From a virus: a DNA stretch of 64,000 nucleotides. Under the pieces are notes generated by a model that was not told the origin of the DNA, did not search any database, and saw nothing but the letters and a program-made list of their open reading frames with translations. How positions within the stretch are numbered: position 1 is the first letter of the stretch; every line of letters begins with the position of its first letter. The DNA is taken from IMG/VR virus record IMGVR_UViG_3300038466_000014. One strand, 5' to 3'. The translations under genes and the position numbers were made by a program. Of this stretch, positions 39,450 to 50,745 are shown one piece after another.

Positions 39450-40709
39450 TTATTTCTCTCCTGCCATTAATGTTTTGAATTTTTTTACAACTTCATCGGT
39501 ATTTATCGAGTTCATACAATTAGGAGTATTATCCAAAGCCCTGACCATTTTACACTGTGTAATTCGATCGTCGTGTAGGAAACAAGGATACTTGTCGCAT
39601 TTTAGAATGTTTTTATCGGGTTGTACCCATTCGGAATTTTTGTAATATTTTACCCGCGTATCTCCAGTAAAGGGTCCATATAATGTAAGTGTGGGTTTCC
39701 CAAACGCCGCTCCAATATGACTGAAAGACGAATCGAGTCCTACCACCCCATGACATTTGGAAAGAACATAACATGCGTGCGCTATCGTTTCCGAACTCGA
39801 AGACGCATTGGTTATTCTTCCAGGAGAGTCCTTAAAATACGCAGCTATAAATTTATCATAATATGTACTTCTTTCCGGTCTATCCAATATAACAAAATTA
39901 AAATCGGTTTCTTTAATAAGCTGTTCTATAAGCAATCTCCAAAATTCCATAGACGCCGTTCTCAACATAGAAGATGTTGACATCTGCAATATAATAGTGT
40001 TTTCCGGAAGACGTACAAAATATTTTTGTTCAAATCCTTTAACGAACGATGTATTTGTCGTAAGCTCAGGACACCACATCTGTTTGGTCATGTCTATATT
40101 TAATCCGGCGGTCTTGTTCATCAGATCATAAGCATTTACACGTTCAGCTTCTTTACACGACTCTATAACCCCATCGAACATCAGATGATAATTAGCCATA
40201 AACATGGCTTTTTGGTCGAATGGGATAGGAATAACTCTGTCGATCAACCCCTCTGGATAGAAATAAAACAAATCCATGTTTTTTGGAGCAGTAGCAAACA
40301 AAATTTTACAGGTCGGATATTTTGCCTTTAAGTATTTAATCATAGGTTGTATGAAAATAAGATCTCCAATACCACCCGTTCGTGAAATGAGCAGTGTTTT
40401 GTTATTTAGATCTTGTCCATAGTATCTTCTGAACTGGGATTTAAAAGTTGTTTTGTGCGGTTTAAGTATTACCCTTCTGGTAGTCTTTGCCCGTTCCGCA
40501 TCGGCAAACATATATATCGGCATGGTAATAATCTGGTCTCTGGTTATTTTGAATTTTTGACCGCCCACATCCATTACCGCATTCTCAAGGACTTTCGCGT
40601 TGATGTACTTTGGTGTTTCCTTAATTATATCATCTACGGTCTCATAAATATCTTTTCGATTTATAAGTTCACCTACCCCAAGCTTTCTAAGTTTTGTTTT
40701 GGACTGCAT
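39450..40709 (-). CDS. GT9 (ADP-heptose:LPS heptosyltransferase-like) glycosyltransferase
   Basis: RTGGIGDLIF, LKAKYP, VGLDSSFSHIGAAFGKPTLTLYGP, C..YPC. Confidence 0.88.
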   Translation of the reverse strand: MQSKTKLRKLGVGELINRKDIYETVDDIIKETPKYINAKVLENAVMDVGGQKFKITRDQIITMPIYMFADAERAKTTRRVILKPHKTTFKSQFRRYYGQDLNNKTLLISRTGGIGDLIFIQPMIKYLKAKYPTCKILFATAPKNMDLFYFYPEGLIDRVIPIPFDQKAMFMANYHLMFDGVIESCKEAERVNAYDLMNKTAGLNIDMTKQMWCPELTTNTSFVKGFEQKYFVRLPENTIILQMSTSSMLRTASMEFWRLLIEQLIKETDFNFVILDRPERSTYYDKFIAAYFKDSPGRITNASSSSETIAHACYVLSKCHGVVGLDSSFSHIGAAFGKPTLTLYGPFTGDTRVKYYKNSEWVQPDKNILKCDKYPCFLHDDRITQCKMVRALDNTPNCMNSINTDEVVKKFKTLMAGEK

Positions 40710-40784
40710 GTTCTCCTCTTCTTAAAAGTTAAGTGTCTAAATTAAAATATGATTCTATTTATTGAATCTTTAAAGGTATTCCTG

Positions 40785-40855
40785 TTTAAAATTTGTCCTC
40801 AAATTAAACGAAAATTTGATCATAAAACGCGAATAAGTTCAGGACAAATTTTAAA
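40785..40855. promoter_or_regulatory. Back-to-back pair of class B motifs facing divergent glycosyltransferase genes
   Basis: AGGACAAATTTTAAA on minus (40785-40799) and plus (40841-40855). Confidence 0.7.
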
Positions 40856-40908
40856 GGATATATAGCCTTTTATTTTGTTAACCTAATTTTCGAGGGAGGT
40901 TTTGTTTT

Positions 40909-41808
40909 ATGAAACTTAATTTGCACGTCTGTCTTCCGGCAAAAGACAGAACGATCTTAACCCGAAAATGTATAGAATCGATTCATCAGAATATGACAAG
41001 ATTTGATAATAAATACATATACTTATTTGACAACAATACGGAATTCTCCAAACCCCGTATAGATATGTTTTATTCATTATTGGAAAACAAACAAATCCAT
41101 TATTATTCAAACGATAATATGGATACAGTCTATAATTGTTTTCCAAAACCTATTTTAGTTAATAGATTTATAAATATGATGGAAGAAAGACATTTTATTC
41201 AAGCATCACAAAAAACACAAAGAGACGTTAAAGATTATTATTTGTTGAGTGATAACGATATGATTTATGGTCCCGGTTTCTGCGATTACTTTTTATCCGC
41301 TATGCGGTTTATAGAGTCTAAAAAGAATAATATTCATTTTCTGGTTAAGCATCCTGGAGGCGTTCCTTCCGCAGCACAAACGATTGCCACGGATTTGAAA
41401 TTAAACAACTTATTTAAACAAAATGAACAATTCAGAATTGTGTGTGCTATACATGGCGGAGGCAGTGGATGTTGGTTTATGAACTATAACATGTTAATAA
41501 ATATAAAATGGAATTTATCGGATATCTTGAAGGTATATGGAAAATTTAAAGGTCATGATACAACATCATGGAATATCATAAAAGAAAAACAACCGAATAT
41601 TCCTTATGTATGCGCAGTGGAAATACCCAACGAAAAAACAAATCCCGCCGTACTTCACTTAGGGCCTAAATATGGATCAATCTGCAATTCACTTGCGGCT
41701 AATAAATATAATGAGGAAAAAGCCCATATCCTTAATTCCGAATCTATACTCGAAAATATGAGTATATCCGACATCTTAAAAACCCACAACGAATTTATAA
41801 AATGGTAA
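40909..41808 (+). CDS. GT-A fold (GT2-like) glycosyltransferase
   Basis: LPAKDR..LTRKCIESI, LFDNNT, LLSDNDMIY. Confidence 0.75.
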   Translation: MKLNLHVCLPAKDRTILTRKCIESIHQNMTRFDNKYIYLFDNNTEFSKPRIDMFYSLLENKQIHYYSNDNMDTVYNCFPKPILVNRFINMMEERHFIQASQKTQRDVKDYYLLSDNDMIYGPGFCDYFLSAMRFIESKKNNIHFLVKHPGGVPSAAQTIATDLKLNNLFKQNEQFRIVCAIHGGGSGCWFMNYNMLINIKWNLSDILKVYGKFKGHDTTSWNIIKEKQPNIPYVCAVEIPNEKTNPAVLHLGPKYGSICNSLAANKYNEEKAHILNSESILENMSISDILKTHNEFIKW

Positions 41809-41821
41809 GGAGTAATTTTCA

Positions 41822-43648
41822 ATGGCTATAAATCTTATAATCGCAATTAATTCCAACAACGTCAATGCCGAGTACGTTTCTAAACTATCATTCATATATT
41901 CAAAATTAAATCCGTGTATTGGAATTATGGGAACAGATAGTGAAAAAATACTCGAATCGATTAATAATAAGCAGATTGTTAAATTCTTATCTCCATCTCC
42001 GTTTAACTATAGCATATGTATAAACAAGATTATGTCCACTATATCGGCAGAAGATACTGTCATTATTTCCGATGGTTATGCGTTGTTCAATCAAAACCCG
42101 ATTATAGAAATGATCGGAACTACTGATTTAGACTCTTCTTTTATAGTGAATAAGATCATTAGAATGGAACCGGATGCCAAACCACTATCTTTCGATTCAA
42201 ACAAGATTATAAGTGCTCTTGGGTTAAAAATTAAACATATTAAAACCCCGTCTCCGGATATACCGCTGGTAATTACAAAAGGTTATCATATCATAAGAAG
42301 TTTAAATGGTTTAGAAGAAACATATCAAACAGAGGCGTCGAGATTGAATATCATTTATAAATTATCCACTTACGGGTTATCCAAGATCGAGTGCGACAAA
42401 CCTGGATTATGTATAAATCAGGCAATATCCAGTCTAAAATACGATGAAACCACAAACGCGGTAAATATGATAAATGATAATTCAAATGGAGAAAAACTGT
42501 TTATACAGAACAATTACAAAAAAGAAATATTTAATGTTTATTTAGAATCACCAGATGTCTCAGACCCGGTAATAGAACCGGTATCGGAAGAACCCTTAGT
42601 CGTGGAAAATATAACTACGGATATTCCAGAAACCACAGAGGTTCAGGACCATGTAGAGAATGTGGAAGTTGTCGTAACTCCATTCGAAGGTATTGTGGTC
42701 GAGCAGATAGTCGCCACAGATGACGTTTTAGAGCGTCCTCTGGTAGTTCCTTCTTCTAATAGAAGCGGGATCCCCAATCTGAGACAACACTTTAAAAGAA
42801 GGATGGACGAGAAATATAGATATTCGTTGAAGAAGATGGGTTCTACTGTGCTCCTGGCAATGGAGTCAAACATTCCAGATATTATTTCCACATCTCCGTT
42901 AATATCATTTTTTAACAAAAACGGATATTATGTCGACGTACTTACTCAACAAAAAATAGGCAATATAAGCGCTCTTATAGATTCCTCGTTGATAAGAAAC
43001 AGATATGACGTATCCGATATGACTAAAAACAACATACCGTTTAAATCATATGTCTATATAATCAAAACTTCTAATTGCAATATCAAGCTTCCTGTCATTT
43101 ATCCAACATTAAATTGTAAATCAGGAACAAGCGCCGGTCCTGTTGAAGAAAACTTTAAAATACTGGATTATATCTATAAAGGAACTATTAGAAGGGAAGA
43201 CTATCCTCCACCATGTATATTTACACCTACGGTTTATCCTTTAAATCCAAAAACCATATTCTTATGCACGAGTCAAAAAACGCAATCCCGGGTAGATATC
43301 AATTTTGACGAAATCGCCAATAATTTGGTTGGTAAATATCCTGACATAGATATTATCCAAATAAATCTAAAAGGTGAAACTCCGTATCCGGATTGCGTTA
43401 ATAAAAAGATAACTGATCACCGTTCTATGTCCGTTAATGAAATAGGAGGGTATCTTAAAAAAGTTGTTTTAACTATTTCATCCTGTAATTCAGATCTTCC
43501 GTGGATATGCTATGGTCTTGGGACCGGTTTATTGTTGTTTGGTCCAAATATAAGTCAGATACCAAATTATCTTAATGTTAAAAAAGTGGCAACTCCATTT
43601 AATACTAATATTTCACTTATAATTGACAAAATATGCCCACTGTCTTAA
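41822..43648 (+). CDS. Degenerate two-domain glycosyltransferase-like protein (GT2-like + acidic linker + GT9-like)
   Basis: FNYSICIN; E/V/P-rich linker; PDIISTSPL...NSDLPWICYGLG..LLLFGP. Confidence 0.5.
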   Translation: MAINLIIAINSNNVNAEYVSKLSFIYSKLNPCIGIMGTDSEKILESINNKQIVKFLSPSPFNYSICINKIMSTISAEDTVIISDGYALFNQNPIIEMIGTTDLDSSFIVNKIIRMEPDAKPLSFDSNKIISALGLKIKHIKTPSPDIPLVITKGYHIIRSLNGLEETYQTEASRLNIIYKLSTYGLSKIECDKPGLCINQAISSLKYDETTNAVNMINDNSNGEKLFIQNNYKKEIFNVYLESPDVSDPVIEPVSEEPLVVENITTDIPETTEVQDHVENVEVVVTPFEGIVVEQIVATDDVLERPLVVPSSNRSGIPNLRQHFKRRMDEKYRYSLKKMGSTVLLAMESNIPDIISTSPLISFFNKNGYYVDVLTQQKIGNISALIDSSLIRNRYDVSDMTKNNIPFKSYVYIIKTSNCNIKLPVIYPTLNCKSGTSAGPVEENFKILDYIYKGTIRREDYPPPCIFTPTVYPLNPKTIFLCTSQKTQSRVDINFDEIANNLVGKYPDIDIIQINLKGETPYPDCVNKKITDHRSMSVNEIGGYLKKVVLTISSCNSDLPWICYGLGTGLLLFGPNISQIPNYLNVKKVATPFNTNISLIIDKICPLS

Positions 43649-44076
43649 ACATAAAAAATATAAATAATTATATAACCGATCATGGGATGCAGTATATAGA
43701 TAATTTAAAACATATGAACCACTTCGATTATAAACCCGTATTGATTCACCGCATTCTGAATAGGGATGAGGTAAAGTATAGAATAAAAATACAGACCCTT
43801 GATTTCTATGATGAATTATCATATAAATTATCATCTACAAACTTTTTCGTGATCAATTATAATTACGATATACCAACAGACTGTTTATTCGTATTATTAA
43901 ATTATTCACACATTATAATATCCCAGGATATAAATTTGGTTAAATTCGGAATATATCTAAATAAAAAAATAATTTCTTTTGGATGTAATAAATTAAGAAA
44001 ATACTCGGATAGGATAATATACTTGGAAAAATACACCGTATCAAATATTTTAAAAATAATATCAGATGTTGTATAG
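43633..44076 (+). CDS. Hypothetical protein, possible GT-B C-terminal fragment
   Basis: IIISQD...LNKKIISFG. Confidence 0.35.
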   Translation: MPTVLNIKNINNYITDHGMQYIDNLKHMNHFDYKPVLIHRILNRDEVKYRIKIQTLDFYDELSYKLSSTNFFVINYNYDIPTDCLFVLLNYSHIIISQDINLVKFGIYLNKKIISFGCNKLRKYSDRIIYLEKYTVSNILKIISDVV

Positions 44077-44081
44077 TTAGT

Positions 44082-44119
44082 CCGGGAGGAGGGAAGGTAT
44101 CCCCTCCTCCCGGTTTTTT
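44082..44119 (+). terminator. Intrinsic terminator
   Basis: ccgggagga...tcctcccgg followed by T6, right after plus-strand operon. Confidence 0.75.
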
Positions 44120-44256
44120 CGTTATGACCCCCGGATAACATCTATTATTCCGAAGGCCATAACGACAGCCCCAACCACAAGGCAGATGCCACCAACGGCG
44201 TCCGCCACCATTCTACCATAAAACAGAAATTCTACCATTTCTTCAATCCTCCTATC

Positions 44257-44270
44257 ATTTAATATATATA
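44257..44270 (-). promoter_or_regulatory. Class A promoter-like motif
   Basis: TATATATATTAAAT followed by AGGAGG RBS and a short TM ORF (ATG 44238). Confidence 0.65.
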
Positions 44271-44279
44271 AGCAATCGT

Positions 44280-44711
44280 CTAAAACGGGATATCATCACC
44301 AGTGTCCGGAAACACAGGTTGCCGGGATGTCTCTGGTGTGTTCTTGTTCTGTACCGGAGGAGATTTCGCCGGTTCCTGTGGAGAGTCACCCGAATTTTTA
44401 GGACCCTCGAACGTTACCGCATAAGCTATAATCTCTGTCCATAGATGTTTGTTCCCCTCTTTATCCTCATATGTCCTCTGGGTAAGTTTTCCGGAAATTC
44501 CTACGAAGGTTCCTTTCTTTAAATGATTTGAACAAAATTCGGCGGTTTTTCCGAAAGTCACAACCGGAAACCAATAGGTCTCCTTGGCTTTTCCGGTAAA
44601 GTCTGCCACCGCTACCTTCATCTTGGTTAGTTGCGTTCCATTATCAATAATCTTTGTTTCCGGATCCGCGCCAAGATAACCTGTAAAAGATACAACGTTC
44701 ACGCTTACCAA
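44280..44711 (-). CDS. ssb: Single-stranded DNA-binding protein
   Basis: NVVSFTGYLGADPE, FGKTAE, LKKG, C-terminal DDIPF. Confidence 0.95.
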   Translation of the reverse strand: MVSVNVVSFTGYLGADPETKIIDNGTQLTKMKVAVADFTGKAKETYWFPVVTFGKTAEFCSNHLKKGTFVGISGKLTQRTYEDKEGNKHLWTEIIAYAVTFEGPKNSGDSPQEPAKSPPVQNKNTPETSRQPVFPDTGDDIPF

Positions 44712-44748
44712 ACCTTTCTTTTGTAGTTACTACCATTGGTTTAAAAAT

Positions 44749-45135
44749 TTAAATCCATTTGTTTTCAATCATTACATTGGTTTTAATTTTCGTTTTTCTA
44801 ACGGAATCTAATAATTCTTTAAGAGATTGATATGGTCCGATTTCAAAGTAATGCGACTCTAATCTATTACAACAAGTAAGATAATGTAATGTCATGTTCT
44901 TTAATGTCGAATAGCTATGATATAATTTCATACCGCATATCGGACATTCTTTGTTTCTCATATGATTCCATTGATAAATTATCTTATTTTTATATGGACT
45001 GTACATATAAAAATGATGTTTAGATTCAAATCTGTCGGTATTTGTACAAGAAATAATATATTTACTATTACCGTCAATAATATTTGAAGTGATTTCCGCA
45101 TCTCCATCACAGACAGGACATCTAACAAGGTTCAT
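44749..45135 (-). CDS. Zinc-finger protein (Lar-like)
   Basis: CPVCDG...WN...CPICG. Confidence 0.45.
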   Translation of the reverse strand: MNLVRCPVCDGDAEITSNIIDGNSKYIISCTNTDRFESKHHFYMYSPYKNKIIYQWNHMRNKECPICGMKLYHSYSTLKNMTLHYLTCCNRLESHYFEIGPYQSLKELLDSVRKTKIKTNVMIENKWI

Positions 45136-47324
45136 TCTTAGCCAGTAACTGGTTTATACTTTTTCAACATCTCCAAACAATGTAAATAATTATTATCGAT
45201 TTCTTGACATTTCTTTGATAGATCAGTCAGATAATTAATAATCTCTTTGTGTTTAATTCCGGCGTTATAACAAACCTCACTCCCGGTATTTCCATTACAC
45301 ATATATATCTCATCGAACAGATCGTGCATAATATCGGTAAGATTCTTTTTAATCTCTTCCAAATCTTCATATATAGGAATCGCCGCGTAGGATTCCCTCG
45401 CTATATTTATCATGGCTATCTGTTCATCGTCCAGATGGTTGGGAATAGTCTGAAGGATATCCTCCGGGATAAGATGCTGATAAGGACCGCACATACCCCG
45501 ACGAAGAACTTTTTTCAGTTCCACAGGATTCCAGGAAGAAGACGCAGACATAAAAACTCCTTGATGTTTGCTTAGGGGGTTTTACATTTTTCTTTATTAT
45601 AACAAAACACATAATACTTATCTAAACTTTCCATGTATATCATTTTTCCTTTGAATTGTTGTTTCATTTTGTTAAACGCAATAGGAACGCATAAAAAATT
45701 TCCATTTTCATCACATTGGGTATATCCAGATTTGGTTTCTTCACATCTTATATTAAAAACAGATATCCCCGTTTTATAAATATTGAAAACCATTCATATT
45801 CCACAGAATAATAAAAATTTAAATCATATTAAATCTCAATATGTTAGCCCATTCGCATCCATAAGAGATCGGGTATGAACTCTTTATTTTTCAGACGTTT
45901 CATTTTAGAAAAGATATGTTTGTTCTTCCTAATCACAGACTTGTAATTTTGTGTCACCCACTCAAACACTTCTCTATTATGTAATCCACTACTAATTTCC
46001 TCCTCGTTGTTTTCACGTAAGAGCGATATCCTTTTCGCTATAAAAATTACAAATCCTTTCTCGTAATTAAATCTTTTGTTTATCGATTCCATTTCTTCAA
46101 ACATCTCATCATATGCTTCGATATTACATGTAATAATCATATGTATAGTATCATCATCAAAAAACAGCACTGGGTTGAAAAGCTGAATAACACTTATAGC
46201 ATAGACTTTAGCCCATTTCACAATTGAATAGCGGGAGGGGTTCAGAATCATCCGTGTCGACCAAACGGGAAGAAATGCCCCCGCGTATTAACATAATAGT
46301 TTTTTTCGTCAGACGCCACGACTGTCCTCCACATCTACGATTTTAACTAAATCCATATTTGTGTTATCTATCAAATAAGGTGTTTCGTCGCATAAATAAT
46401 TCGGAATATCAACTCCATTTTTCTTATCGGTGTTTCGGATAAAATGTCTAAGTAACGATTGAATATCATATGCGCACTGAACATCTTTTGGAGCCTCGTG
46501 AATACCGGTAGATCTCTGAAAAAACCGCATAAGATGATTCATCACTGCGGAAAGATACTCCCTAAACATATATCCGCGTTCCATATCTTTTTCCACATTC
46601 CTTCTGATTATAAGCTCGTTATAAACCTCTGAGAACTGAAAGCAGACAATCCGGGAATAAAAGTCCAGCGCCCGCATTACGGTTTCGGCTTTATCCCGAT
46701 CGAGTGTAAGAACGATTTTTTCGTTGGGTCTTTTCATATATATTCCTTTCCGTTACAAATTTAATTTTTTGTCCAGCCATATTTTGGAAAAGGGTAGAAG
46801 AGTATAACTTCTATTACATGTCATTCCGACAATTCTTATATATCCGCCTCTTCAAGCGCGCCAACAATACGGGATAATGTTGCGGTTGACGGCGTAAGAT
46901 CTCCAAATTTCAGATATAAAGCATTATAAATTTTACCGGGATCCAATTTTCCATTACCGTTGTAAATAAACCCGGTAAGCGCTGGTTCACCAAACGTTAT
47001 CATCCTGATCGCGTTCTCCGAATCGTCATATTCCATCTATAACCTCAAGAATATTCTCAAATTATTATCTTACTTTTTTCAAAAATCCCATTAATTTTTC
47101 TGTCTCCCAATACCATCCCATCTTTTCCCATATCCATCCATTGACATCATTATTATAATACACTCCTCTCACAATATCCCCCCAAATGGCCGGATCATAC
47201 GAATTATCTAAAATTATATTAATTCGAGTTCCGTCGGTCGGGGCATCCGACATCGGATAAACATCATGAACCAGATCATACTGCTGTGGTAACGCGTTTT
47301 TTCTGGGCATAATTCAACCCTCGA

Positions 47325-47768
47325 TTAGTATGGCTTTAATATATCAAATTCATAATTAATCTCTAATAATTTTCTATATACATATCTATTAGGAGCATAT
47401 CTCCTAAAGTAAAGATCGTCGTGCCCGTACAGAATCTTATGGATTGCAGCGGCGATGCCTGGAGATCTTGATACGCCAGCAGTACATTGCGTGAGTAAAG
47501 CATCCACTTCAGAATGTGCATATTTAGCTACAAAATCCAAAATATCTTTGGCTTGTGAGCTACTAAACATCAGTGGATTATTTCCATTATCCACATCAGT
47601 ATCTTCAAAAACCATTGTCATTTTATCGACAGCATTTACCAGCGCCGGAAAATTCTCGTCCGGGGTATTATTTACCGATATGACTATAAATCCAATACTA
47701 TTGTTTGATAATTCAGAACAAACTCCATCTATGTGAGCTTTTGGAAACGGATTTATATACTTAAGCAT
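47325..47768 (-). CDS. Protein-tyrosine/dual-specificity phosphatase-like protein
   Basis: CX5R P-loop QCTAGVSRS. Confidence 0.85.
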   Translation of the reverse strand: MLKYINPFPKAHIDGVCSELSNNSIGFIVISVNNTPDENFPALVNAVDKMTMVFEDTDVDNGNNPLMFSSSQAKDILDFVAKYAHSEVDALLTQCTAGVSRSPGIAAAIHKILYGHDDLYFRRYAPNRYVYRKLLEINYEFDILKPY

Positions 47769-48257
47769 ATTAGAACCTCTTAATAATAACTATGACCCTT
47801 CATCATAAAATCTAAATTTCTTTTTATCTCTGGTGGTGTTCTTGGATCTCTCCAAGTATCGTAAATATCCATAATCGCATCTTCCTGTTTTCTATTAAAC
47901 CCTTCTTCTAAATATAACATAAACGGATCCCATCTTGTAAATATATAATATTTTCCAGACCCTTCTTCGTCTATCATTTCATATGATTCCTTGTATATGT
48001 CCATAATAAGATCTGATAATCTTTGATAATAATGATCATATTTCGATTCAAATTTTTCTTTACCTGGAAGATAACTAAATTCCATAAGATGTTTACGCAC
48101 GGCAACTAATTGCTCCGCGATCTGATATAGATTGGCCCCGGACACCTGACGGTTTTTCACACGGGTATCCTCCCAAAATAGACAATGCGTCGCATCCCAC
48201 CTTAACGGAGGACAATACTCTTCCGGCGTTGTGGTTTCCACGTTATTTCATATGTTA

Positions 48258-48615
48258 TTATGGTAATTCTCTAAATCCGACTATATTCTGATACCGCGAT
48301 GTATAAGGATCTCTATATCCATATACGGTAAATTCATATTTCCGGCCTACTTTAAATTTTGACTGAAAGGCGGATGAATTCCATTTACTAAATGCCATTA
48401 TCCATATTGGCAAACGGGCCTTTGTCTGTAAGTACGATCCAAAAAGAACCCGAATCGGTAACAATTCTATCCAATCCGGTAATCGTCGCATACACTTTTT
48501 CTGTTCTATAGTAATCTTTAGCGTAACTAATAATACCAAAAATCGTACCTACACAAATAAGTATCACAATAACAGTAGTCAAAACATCAGTAAAAGTTAC
48601 ACTATTGCGTTTCAT
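48258..48615 (-). pseudogene. Frameshifted membrane-anchored phage protein
   Basis: TM N-half (48388-48615) and KWNSS...YEFTVYGYR.P...YQNI C-half lie in different frames. Confidence 0.6.
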
Positions 48616-49072
48616 TTAGACCTCCAAAAAGTAAAATTACAGAGACCCTGTATGACAGTAATATTATGTGCATAGCATATATAAATATTTCACACATAGT
48701 GAAGTTTTAAGTTACTAACTTGTTCTTCCAAATCTTCCACCATTTTTACTTTTTCATCGTGTTCTTCAGGGGTTTCGCACGAATCCAAATCTATAACTAC
48801 GGACTCAACCATCGGATCATTTGCAGCTATAAGAGAAATGGTTCCTCTTTCAACCACAATATATACTTTTGTTACTTCTCTGCGGATTCCCATACCGGGC
48901 ACCTTTCTATTGGTTGTTTTCGTAAATCTCTACGTTCGTATGCTCTATCTCTATCGTAACTAACATGAATAGTTTCTCCATGATCAACCATTATATATAT
49001 CTCATAACTACCATCCGGTTTTTTGTTTATTAATATTCTGTTTAGAACAATCGAACCCGTACATGTGTTATA

Positions 49073-49729
49073 TTATATTATTTTTATAGGAACTGCCGGT
49101 GTATCTTCTTCCTCTTCCTCATCATCACCCCATATTAATTCATCCTGAATAGCATTTAATTCGTCAATGGGTTCGTCGAACGTAGGAGCACAGAGGCCCC
49201 AATTGGAATCCAGAAGGACACCATTCAAAATTAAATCTTTATAAGTATATTCAATAAAAAGACCTTTACCAATTTCAACGTCTAATTCAAAATTACGAAC
49301 TTCATCCTTTTTAATAAACATACTTCTCGTGTATTCCGGATGCTCTTTTAAAAACACGGTTATTCTTTTATCAGTTAATCCCGACAAAACTAAAATATTA
49401 GATAATTCTTTTACGATAAAATCATTGTAGGTTATAATTATAAATCTTTTGTTATCGTTGTTAACAGACTCGCATATATTCCGTACAAATCCCATTATAT
49501 GTTTAGGATGTTTGTATATTTCTGGAAAAATATGCAAAACAGTATTTTTAAGCGCTGATAATTTGAATATTGAAACCATAAATTCAACATCCTCTAATTC
49601 GATATCTTCCGTTGGTGTGATAATCGTTATTTTAGATTCAAATAAGGCTGCGTTTGGACATAGATAAATACTGCCATCGTTAAGACGGGTTATCAATGAA
49701 TACTTATTCATGGTTTTACCTATGTTCAT
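49073..49729 (-). CDS. Degenerate C-terminal part of an ABC/AAA_15-type ATPase
   Basis: HIFPEIYKHP (cf. EEPE.NLHP), IITYNDFIVKEL (cf. ITTHSDY); no Walker A. Confidence 0.4.
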   Translation of the reverse strand: MNIGKTMNKYSLITRLNDGSIYLCPNAALFESKITIITPTEDIELEDVEFMVSIFKLSALKNTVLHIFPEIYKHPKHIMGFVRNICESVNNDNKRFIIITYNDFIVKELSNILVLSGLTDKRITVFLKEHPEYTRSMFIKKDEVRNFELDVEIGKGLFIEYTYKDLILNGVLLDSNWGLCAPTFDEPIDELNAIQDELIWGDDEEEEEDTPAVPIKII

Positions 49730-50037
49730 TTTAAAAGGGTACTCAATCCTACGCGACTAACCATATCCTTAAATATATTATATGTTTCATCCGGAAACGT
49801 TCCAGCACATATCACCTTATTACCATCAGAAATGACCCATGGCCATTGTTTCGCCAATTTTTTTCCTAATCTTTAAATTAGTGTTATTCTTTTTATTGAA
49901 CATTTCCAGAGGGCGTTCGCTTCTTGTATTTTTCATACTCCCCTCCTTTAACAACAAAACAATGAATGATAAAATTATCAGCCATTATAATATCCATGTA
50001 ATCTTAAGGATATTATAATGGCTGTTCTCATATTGAT

Positions 50038-50051
50038 ATTTAATATATATA
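50038..50051 (-). promoter_or_regulatory. Class A promoter-like motif followed by 16-bp inverted repeat (49980-50023)
   Basis: TATATATATTAAAT; agccattataatatcc...ggatattataatggct. Confidence 0.65.
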
Positions 50052-50084
50052 ACAAAATTTAATAATTTTTTAATAATCAATTAC

Positions 50085-50499
50085 TTACCGGGCTTTTCGA
50101 TTTTCGATATTGAATGTGGATATAAACAATAAAATCTCCTCGTCCGGCATTACATCATGCGCGTCGATGTAGTGAGCATACCCTTCCGGCCACAACCAGA
50201 AACGCCCGCTATCGTCCAGTAAACTATATTCATCGTTTCCATTCATCTGTCCGCAGATTCTACAATCACTACATCCCATATGAATTAATTATGGCTACTT
50301 CATTTTCTATCCTGTGTAGTTTCGTAAGAAACAAGAATTTGAATTCCCCTCGGTTTATCCCATCTGATTTACATCTAACCCGAAGGGTATCTTTTTCCGG
50401 ATAAGGTAGTTCCTCTGTCGAATTATAACAACTTCTCCAGAAGCCGACTTTCTTTTTATTTGTAAATCCTAATAGATTTACCATTTGTTTTATTTTCAT
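50085..50499 (-). pseudogene. Frameshifted conserved hypothetical protein
   Basis: VGFW N-half and GCSDCRIC..NG...WPEGYAHY C-half offset at tcatatggg near 50278. Confidence 0.55.
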
Positions 50500-50743
50500 C
50501 GTGATTGCCAAGTATAAGGTGCTTAGTACCATTAAGTTTCTCTAAAACCCTTCGTACATTCGTTAAGCGGCGTTCAAATGGCATAAAATCACCAAGCATA
50601 AACACTGTATCATCTTTTTTTACTTTACGGTTGTGCTTTTCAATAAGCACGATGTTCATTTGTTTATAATCTTTAAAGGGTCTATTACAATGTCTAATAA
50701 TACTTCCGTGGTCATAGTGCTGATCCGATGTAAAATACAACAT
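50456..50743 (-). pseudogene. Truncated metallophosphoesterase
   Basis: FTSDQH, LGDF, GNHD, then ends without the last two motifs. Confidence 0.7.
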
Positions 50744-50745
50744 TA

